Origin: an uncultured Nitrososphaerota archaeon
GTDB lineage: Archaea; Korarchaeota; Korarchaeia; Korarchaeales; Korarchaeaceae
NCBI GenBank assembly: GCA_964480775.1
Contig: CAYZRF010000021.1
Span: 1-32,000, forward strand
Reading direction: 5' to 3'
Length of the DNA stretch: 32,000 nt
Shown: positions 25,778 through 32,000 of the stretch, one piece after another
How positions within the stretch are numbered: position 1 is the first letter of the stretch
How the letters are laid out: each line of letters begins with the position of its first letter
The notes under the pieces: model-generated
Told to the model about the DNA's origin: nothing
Seen by the model: the letters and a program-made list of their open reading frames with translations, nothing else
Databases searched by the model: none
Made by a program: the position numbers and the translations under genes

Positions 25778-26512
25778 ATGCCTAGAATAGAGCAAATTAG
25801 AATAACTGCCTCTTTATTAGTTCTCTTGATTGCAACCCTACAGGACATTAAAGATAGAGAAGTTGATGATGTAATCTGGCTGGTTGGTCTCTCTATAGGA
25901 GGAATTTTAGATGCCTTCCTCTTGTTTTCCGCGACACCAACAACACAGGAAATTTTACAGTATGTGAGATTCTCCATTCCTTTTCTGTTTATTATACTGA
26001 CTTCATGGCGCTTCAAGCTCATGGGAGGCGCCGATATACTTGCTTTCATCACTCTGGCGATACTTCAACCGAGTCATCCGCTAGGAAAGTGCATGTTTCC
26101 TCCGGCTTTCTGTACGATGCTGTACTCAAACTTTCTTATGCTTCTTGTTCCGTTTTCTTTTCTAATATGGAACGTGAGGCTTATACTAAAGGGAGAGAAT
26201 ATTTTTGATGGATTTAAAGAATCTTCTCTCAGAAAATTCATAGCAAGCCTTTTTGCAATAGCAATTCAAGCAGAAAGTGCTAAGAATTTCAAATTTTTCT
26301 CAGTGGCTCAGGAAGGGGGCTCCCCCGAGAAGAAATTTAGACTCGTCTCAGCACTCTCGATTCCAGAAACGAAAGAAGAACTGCCGAAGACAGAAGAACA
26401 TCTAGTGTGGATCTGTCCTTCGATCCCCATGATTCCATTTATTCTAGCTGGGTACGTGCTAACCATATTGATAGGGGACCCCGTGCTATTGTTGATAGAG
26501 ATCTTCAAGTAG
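25778..26512 (+). CDS. PibD/FlaK-like A24 prepilin (class III signal) peptidase
   Basis: Polytopic, 244 aa. Catalytic Asp motifs LQDIKDREVDD and LMGGADILAF. Divergent from pilin paralog 2. Confidence 0.8.
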   Translation: MPRIEQIRITASLLVLLIATLQDIKDREVDDVIWLVGLSIGGILDAFLLFSATPTTQEILQYVRFSIPFLFIILTSWRFKLMGGADILAFITLAILQPSHPLGKCMFPPAFCTMLYSNFLMLLVPFSFLIWNVRLILKGENIFDGFKESSLRKFIASLFAIAIQAESAKNFKFFSVAQEGGSPEKKFRLVSALSIPETKEELPKTEEHLVWICPSIPMIPFILAGYVLTILIGDPVLLLIEIFK

Positions 26513-26524
26513 ACATGAAGCAGC

Positions 26525-27340
26525 TTACTTTCTGGTAGCCTCTCCACCAACATCCTTAACAAGAGATAGAAGCAAACCCTCTGCTTTTTTTACCAGAGCT
26601 AGTGCTTCATCCCTTTTTTGAGCCCTTGCCGACAAGTGAATCAGTAATAGAGGAACTCCCAACTCCATCCCCCTTGGATGGCTTTTCACGTAGACCTCGG
26701 GATACTTTTTTACAACTTCATCGATGAGAGGAGCTATCGACGACTCAGGAACACCAGAAATATATAATTCTGTCTCGGCTACTGTTAATTGAGTTCTTGC
26801 CCTCAATTCGTCCATCAAATTGTTGAAGATGGCCTTCATCTCCTTCGGAACTCCTGGCAAAGAGATTATCAGACTATCTCCTTCCTTGATCATTATTCCA
26901 GGAGCCGTGCCCGCTGGATTTTCAAGAGGAATAGCTCCTTCAGGTAGTTTTGCCATCTTTATCCTGTGTTCTGTGATTTCCATCCCAGCCAACTCATACT
27001 TTCTTTTCACAATCTCTAGAGCTCTCTCATTAATTTCCCACGCCCTGCTAAGGGCATAAGCCAGCGCTTCACTCGTTTTATCATCATAGGTTGGTCCTAA
27101 GCCACCTGTGGATATTATGAGATCTGCTCCTGCGGACAGAGCCGTCTTAAATGCCCAAGAGATCTCTTCAAAATCGTCCATCACAGTTATACCTCTTTTT
27201 ACCCTGTAACCTATCGAAGTGAGCTGTTTTGCGAGCCAAGAAAAGTTTGTATTTACTACCTTGCCAATAAGCAATTCGTTTCCAATGGATATTATCCAGG
27301 CCTCAACTTCATTTGAAGCTTTGGAATCCATCTTTCTCAT
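26525..27340 (-). CDS. CinA-type MoCF-binding-domain protein
   Basis: IISIGNELLIGKVVNTN...STGGLGPTYDDKT is the CinA/MoCF_BD N-terminal signature. It has the roughly 270-aa archaeal architecture. Confidence 0.75.
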   Translation of the reverse strand: MRKMDSKASNEVEAWIISIGNELLIGKVVNTNFSWLAKQLTSIGYRVKRGITVMDDFEEISWAFKTALSAGADLIISTGGLGPTYDDKTSEALAYALSRAWEINERALEIVKRKYELAGMEITEHRIKMAKLPEGAIPLENPAGTAPGIMIKEGDSLIISLPGVPKEMKAIFNNLMDELRARTQLTVAETELYISGVPESSIAPLIDEVVKKYPEVYVKSHPRGMELGVPLLLIHLSARAQKRDEALALVKKAEGLLLSLVKDVGGEATRK

Positions 27341-27470
27341 ATGACCAAGACAGATTATTTACCTTCCCTTTTTACAACCCAACGAATAATGAAATCATTA
27401 AGATAATGCTTGGATCTTAACAGCTCCCTTAATAAGAGGTTTTTATGCTCTAATTCATAAACATATTAGG

Positions 27471-27893
27471 ATGAGAAAAGTACCACCTGAAATTCTGATA
27501 TCCACCGTTCTAATGATACTATGTGGACTTTTCTTCATCTGCATTGGAGTTCTCTTTCTCAAAGTAGAGGTAGAACAAACACAACTACTCTTAATTTCTT
27601 ATGTTTCAATTATCTTTGGCTTAATATTAGTTGTATTATCAGCTTTCCTGTGGATGGGTTACAACGAAGCTAGAATTGGCGCGATAATCATTCACACCTT
27701 GATCTTAGTCCTTTCTCCAATTCCATTTGTCTATAGTGTTCCTTTAATGTGGAGGGTTGGAGAGATAAGAGGTCTCTTAACATCCCTCTCTCTGACTCTT
27801 CCAACAGCCTATTCCCTGTTTATACTTTACCTTTTAACTAGACCTGGAGCAGCTTCGCATATGAAGAAGGTTAGGGCACCGCCATTAGTGTAA
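27471..27893 (+). CDS. hypothetical 4-TM membrane protein
   Basis: 140 aa with four hydrophobic segments. No motif recognised. Confidence 0.5.
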   Translation: MRKVPPEILISTVLMILCGLFFICIGVLFLKVEVEQTQLLLISYVSIIFGLILVVLSAFLWMGYNEARIGAIIIHTLILVLSPIPFVYSVPLMWRVGEIRGLLTSLSLTLPTAYSLFILYLLTRPGAASHMKKVRAPPLV

Positions 27894-27929
27894 AGTTATG
27901 ATATATAATTACATCTTAAGGGGTAATGC

Positions 27930-28610
27930 TTGATCAAATTGCACAAAACTGCTGTAGTGATACCCGCGTACAATGAAGCCCAGTTCATAGCAGACGTTGT
28001 TTCAAGGGCTAAGAAATATGTAGACAAAGTTATAGTTGTAGATGATGGTAGTACAGATGAAACAGCAAGATTAGCTGCTGAAAAAGGTGCGATAGTGATA
28101 GTGCACGAGAAAAACATGGGAAAATGGATTGCACTCCAAGACGGATTTAAAAAAGCGGTTGATATATCAGATCTAATCGTCCAGATGGATGGAGATGGGC
28201 AGCACGACCCTGAAGAGATACCTAAGTTCATAGCGGCCTTAGAAGAATTTGATGTAGTCCTAGGGTACAGGTCTAAGAAAGGAATGCCCATCATAAGGAA
28301 AATCTCTAATTTTATTACTACAGCAATGTTAAGGCTCTTTTTCTCGTTACAAGTTTCAGATTCACAATGTGGATATCGGGCATACAAAAAGGATGCTTTA
28401 AGAAAACTAATGAAGGTTAAGGCAAAAGGATTTGAGGGGGAAACTGCTTCTCTGATCTTGGCTAAAAGACTGGGTCTAAAGATAGGAGAAGTTCAAATAA
28501 AAACAATTTACGGTAGGGAGAAATCCAAGATGAAAGTCATAAGAGATACTTACAGGTTTCTAAGTACTGTTTTATCCATGAAAATTAAGGCGACAAAAGG
28601 AGAGATTTGA
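27930..28610 (+). CDS. family 2 glycosyltransferase (dolichyl-phosphate sugar synthase-like)
   Basis: VVIPAYNEA...VIVVDDGSTDET...MDGDGQHDP are the GT2 (GT-A fold) DxD-type blocks. TTG start. Confidence 0.85.
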   Translation: MIKLHKTAVVIPAYNEAQFIADVVSRAKKYVDKVIVVDDGSTDETARLAAEKGAIVIVHEKNMGKWIALQDGFKKAVDISDLIVQMDGDGQHDPEEIPKFIAALEEFDVVLGYRSKKGMPIIRKISNFITTAMLRLFFSLQVSDSQCGYRAYKKDALRKLMKVKAKGFEGETASLILAKRLGLKIGEVQIKTIYGREKSKMKVIRDTYRFLSTVLSMKIKATKGEI

Positions 28611-28702
28611 TTTAGAATTTTTCTTGATTCTTATCAACAATTCTTTCGACTCACTGTTTATTCAACCTCTATCCTCCACCAAAAAGGCCACATGGAGATA
28701 CT

Positions 28703-30556
28703 TTATCCATTGGAACACAATATGTTCTTTCTAACTACACTACCTCCCGGGCCATGTATTACGATCTCAATGGGCATCTTCTCTTCTCGACAAGAAATTT
28801 CCAAGATGATTTCATCACCTGGCCCGATAGTTTTATCCCTAGAGGAAAGGGATTCTACTCCTAAAACATCGCAAGGTGTGCCTCCAACATATACAACCCA
28901 GTTTTTCGGATCTAATACAACTTCTAAAGGTGCTGATTGTTCTTTGCATACAAGTTTAACCTTAAGGGGATTTAGCTGGCACGATATAATCTCGAAAACA
29001 GGAGGTTCACACCCAACAACTGGCTGATAGGCCACAAACCTCGAAGTTCTGAAGGCTTCTACAAAGCAAGGTAGAGTGAGCCTATACTCTGGTGGCATGT
29101 CTAAGCTTACAGCTATCAAGTGAGCTCCCTCCCTCAGGGAACTGTCCCAGGGCTGTGCTACTTTTCCTACAACGTTGCATCCCACTACTTCTAAGTAGTT
29201 CGTTACTCCCATGAAGCCAAGCAAAACAACCTTTTTTCCAGATGCTAAATCACGAAACCTTCTCATGTCATTCCAAATAGCCCACTGATCTTCTCTAATG
29301 ACGGGATTTGTCAAAAACCAAGCTATGACGATAATTAATGCTATGGGAGCCATATTAGACAAACGAAGAAGTGAAAGAATTTTTCTTAGAGATAGAGCCG
29401 AAATTACAGAAAAAGGTAAGGAAAGCTGGAGAACGAACCTAATGCTGAAGCCAATAATCGTTATTTGGGCAAAAGAGAGATATGCCAAGGTTAAGTATCC
29501 TAAAGTGTAGAGCAACAGCCATTTCTCGCATTCATCCTTGAATCTAAGTAGAATAAGTCCTGATAATGGGATTGCAACCCAAAGACCCAAATCTAGTTCC
29601 ATCTTCTTAATGAGCGATAGTAAGGAGTAGATTACTCCTAAAGGATTCAAGTTGATGGAAGAAATGGAAAGCTCTTCTCTTATGTAAGTAACCAGCTCGA
29701 AAATAACTCCAGGTATCAATAGAGTGGTTATGAAAGCAGAAACCAAAGGAAGGGCGAAAAACAGCTTCTTTTTTCTAAGAGCGACTATCAACAAAAAAAC
29801 CAGCAGATACCAAGAAGATATATGCGCAAGAGGAAGCAGGGCTCCTATCAGAACACACCAGACGAGCTTGCGTTTAAGCAAAGAATAGACTAAGAATAAA
29901 GATATAACATCACAAACCAAATTTGCATAGGTTCCAACATCAAAAAGATGTCTAATTCCAGAAGAAATTGGAAGAAGGCTCCAAGCAGAGAGAAGAGCTA
30001 TTCTTTCACCATAAATTTCCCTTATTATCATGTAAACAAGCCCGGCTTCAACTGGAATCAAGGAAGAGAGAATCAGCCTAAATGCAAAAACCCAGCCATC
30101 GTAGTCCACAACGGATTTAATTGCTCCTCCAGCCAAATGAATTAGGAAAGGGTATGTGTGAATGACTTTACCGTTTTCTGCATAATTGATGGACGCCAAG
30201 AAGTGAAATGGCTCATCAGGATTTATCCATGAAGCTACTAACGGTCTGTAATATATAGACAGAAGAACACCCAAGATATGTGGAATAACAGCGTACGCTA
30301 ATCCTTTAGCCTCGGATCTTGATACTTCAACCGTAGACAAACGCCAAGAGGAGAAAATGGCAACGATAGACATAGGATAAATCAACAGAGGGAAAATCCT
30401 GAGTAAAGGAACAGCTAAAGTTAGCAATAAGAAACCCATAACAGGAGATATAACTATGGATTCTTCAAATTCAGCATTAAACAGCATGTTTGCTACGGAA
30501 AATCCTCCAAATAATACGAAGATTGCAATCGCTGCTAAGGAAAATATCAATGCCAC
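28703..30556 (-). CDS. GT-C fold membrane glycosyltransferase (PMT/ArnT-like), putative
   Basis: 617 aa, with more than 10 TM segments and a C-terminal soluble domain of about 150 aa. The first-loop motif INPDEPFHF resembles the FDEVHF acidic motif of the PMT family. No STT3 WWDYG motif seen. Confidence 0.55.
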   Translation of the reverse strand: MALIFSLAAIAIFVLFGGFSVANMLFNAEFEESIVISPVMGFLLLTLAVPLLRIFPLLIYPMSIVAIFSSWRLSTVEVSRSEAKGLAYAVIPHILGVLLSIYYRPLVASWINPDEPFHFLASINYAENGKVIHTYPFLIHLAGGAIKSVVDYDGWVFAFRLILSSLIPVEAGLVYMIIREIYGERIALLSAWSLLPISSGIRHLFDVGTYANLVCDVISLFLVYSLLKRKLVWCVLIGALLPLAHISSWYLLVFLLIVALRKKKLFFALPLVSAFITTLLIPGVIFELVTYIREELSISSINLNPLGVIYSLLSLIKKMELDLGLWVAIPLSGLILLRFKDECEKWLLLYTLGYLTLAYLSFAQITIIGFSIRFVLQLSLPFSVISALSLRKILSLLRLSNMAPIALIIVIAWFLTNPVIREDQWAIWNDMRRFRDLASGKKVVLLGFMGVTNYLEVVGCNVVGKVAQPWDSSLREGAHLIAVSLDMPPEYRLTLPCFVEAFRTSRFVAYQPVVGCEPPVFEIISCQLNPLKVKLVCKEQSAPLEVVLDPKNWVVYVGGTPCDVLGVESLSSRDKTIGPGDEIILEISCREEKMPIEIVIHGPGGSVVRKNILCSNG

Positions 30557-30819
30557 TCTCCATCGATTATAATTTGAACTAAAGTCATAATTCTATCTGA
30601 CTCACAAAAGCCCATGTTTAAAGCAACGTCACACGGATAGTGAAAATTGAATCACATTTCAATTAGTGCCTAGAAACTTTCTTTCTCTTGTCTTGGGTCT
30701 TTTCAGTAGTAAAATATCTCGTGAGCCTTCAGTAGGGCATTGTACAACAAGACTGATCCGCTTTAGGTTTGATTTCAAAATTTTTATTTAGCTAATTAAC
30801 TTGGAAAATGGAATAAGCA

Positions 30820-31761
30820 TTGCATAGCGAGAAATTCATAGTTACTGGTGGCGCAGGATTCATAGGAAGCAGACTAATAAAACGCTTGCTCGAAAGAGGA
30901 TGTGAAATTATAGTCATAGACAACTTCCACACAGGATCCTTATCAAACCTAGAAGATGTACTTGACGGATTAAAATTAGTAGAAGGAAGGAGTAAGAAAA
31001 TATCTGATCTTGAAATAAGGGTTGATGGAGTTTTTCATTTAGGAATTTACTCCTCCTCACCAATGTATAGGGAAAACCCAAGAATGGTATCAGATGTCAT
31101 AGAAGATGGGATAGCTGTTCTTGAGTATTGCAGGAAGACTGGCTGCCCGCTAGTTTTCGCCTCAACATCGTCTCTCTATAACGGAAATCCCCTCCCTTAT
31201 AGGGAGGATATGCCTGTTTTTGTAACAGACTACTATACTGAAGCTCGTTACTATCTTGAAAGGCTTTCAGAGCTATATAGGAGTATGTACGGGGTCAAAA
31301 GCACGGGTCTGAGGTTGTTCAGCGTGTATGGGGAGAACGAAATCCCTAAAGGAAAATATGCAAATATGATCTCTCAATTCATTTGGTCCCTACTGAGGGA
31401 GGAGCCTCCAGTTATATATGGAGATGGCAGCCAAACGAGGGACTTCATCTACGTGGAGGACGTCGTAAGCGCTTTTTTGACTTCAATGGATTCCGAAAAG
31501 GATGGCATCTTTAATGTAGGAACTGGTATTGAAACTTCTTTCAATGAGGTATTTTCTATGATTAAAGAAGCTTTGGGATCTAAATTGGAACCAAAATACG
31601 TTCCGTGTCCGATAAAGAATTACGTCTACAGGACTAGAGCTGATACCACGAAAGCCGAGGCTCAACTGGGATTTAAGGCTAGAACAGGCTTGGATGAGGG
31701 TATAAGAAGAGTTGCTGCGTACTACAGGGGGAAAATAGACGAGATAATTGTTGGTAAGTAG
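30820..31761 (+). CDS. NAD-dependent sugar-nucleotide epimerase/dehydratase (extended SDR)
   Basis: TGGAGFIGS Rossmann motif, ASTSSLY serine block and a C-terminal substrate domain. The catalytic motif reads YTEAR rather than YxxxK. TTG start. Confidence 0.85.
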   Translation: MHSEKFIVTGGAGFIGSRLIKRLLERGCEIIVIDNFHTGSLSNLEDVLDGLKLVEGRSKKISDLEIRVDGVFHLGIYSSSPMYRENPRMVSDVIEDGIAVLEYCRKTGCPLVFASTSSLYNGNPLPYREDMPVFVTDYYTEARYYLERLSELYRSMYGVKSTGLRLFSVYGENEIPKGKYANMISQFIWSLLREEPPVIYGDGSQTRDFIYVEDVVSAFLTSMDSEKDGIFNVGTGIETSFNEVFSMIKEALGSKLEPKYVPCPIKNYVYRTRADTTKAEAQLGFKARTGLDEGIRRVAAYYRGKIDEIIVGK

Positions 31762-31763
31762 AG

Positions 31764-32000
31764 CTACCTATCACCACTTATCCAACTATTAAGAAGCTCC
31801 ATTTCGCTCAAAAACCATATAATTGCCTTTCCAACCGCACCTGTCCTACTGAAAATTAGTTTCAGCCTCTCAAGATCTTCTTTACTCACTCCTTTGAGTA
31901 CAAGGATTAATACAGAATAGGTGAGTAATCCCACCAATCCTTCAATGAGAACCCTAATTAATGGCACTAAGGAGACGAGAATGTGTTCTATAAGGGAGAT
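31764..32000 (-). CDS. C-terminal part of a membrane protein, truncated by the window edge (flippase-like?)
   Basis: The reading frame stays open from 31967 up to 32000 (ISLIEHILVSLVPLIR...). It is hydrophobic, and its position in the glycosylation cluster suggests a Wzx/MATE-like protein, but too little sequence is present to tell. Confidence 0.4.
   Translation of the reverse strand: MSLIEHILVSLVPLIRVLIEGLVGLLTYSVLILVLKGVSKEDLERLKLIFSRTGAVGKAIIWFLSEMELLNSWISGDR

Noticed and set aside
25627-26052. 141-aa minus-strand ORF overlapping the start of the PibD-like peptidase gene.
   Set aside because: It lies antisense to a gene with clear catalytic motifs, spans the divergent promoter region and has no recognisable features.
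17486-26512. Locus 2 could be an archaellum (fla) operon.
   Set aside because: It has no FlaH (KaiC-like), FlaF/FlaG or FlaC/D/E or FlaX genes. The filament subunits are short (about 150 aa) Pilin_N-type proteins. It fits an adhesion pilus better.
27896-29027. ORFs 27896-28387 (-) and 28692-29027 (+).
   Set aside because: They lie antisense to the GT2 and GT-C genes respectively. They have no motifs, and their composition is typical of shadow frames.
1-32000. A search for tRNA, rRNA, CRISPR repeats, transposase or integrase genes, and long terminal repeats flanking either pilus locus.
   Set aside because: Visual inspection of the intergenic regions and the ORF translations found none. A computational repeat or tRNA scan would be needed to rule out short att-like repeats.

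Overview
This window looks archaeal. It has TATA-box and leaderless-type promoters, class III (prepilin-like) signal peptides, a MoeA-PBP fusion and heavy GTG/TTG start use, and is roughly 40% G+C by eye. All calls rest on motif recognition in the supplied ORF translations and on reading the DNA; no homology search was possible. The backbone is molybdenum/tungsten-cofactor biosynthesis: moaC, then moaA, moaB, two moeA paralogs and a MoeB/ThiF-type E1. It also carries a ferredoxin, an MFS transporter, sfsA and a CinA-type MoCF-domain protein. The right end holds a glycosylation cluster: a GT2, a PMT/ArnT-like GT-C membrane glycosyltransferase, an SDR epimerase and a truncated membrane gene. Two separate type IV filament loci are embedded. 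Locus 1 (1238-9498) is wedged between moaC and moaA. It holds a compact Tad/Epd-like core: an Flp-like prepilin, a PilT-class ATPase, two single-domain T2SSF platform proteins and a minimal A24 peptidase. Alongside the core are a convergent, translationally coupled operon of six small membrane-anchored proteins I cannot assign to any family, and a ParA/MinD (TadZ/CpaE-like) ATPase coupled to a polytopic membrane protein. Locus 2 (17486-26512) is a more classical archaeal adhesion-pilus locus. It has a FlaI-like ATPase, a two-domain FlaJ/TadC-like platform, two paralogous major pilins, five pilin-like or anchored proteins and a divergent PibD/FlaK-like peptidase. The best candidates for something new are locus 1 as a whole and the clustered TGAAAT repeat arrays upstream of both pilin paralogs. 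I found no rRNA, tRNA, CRISPR array or transposase.
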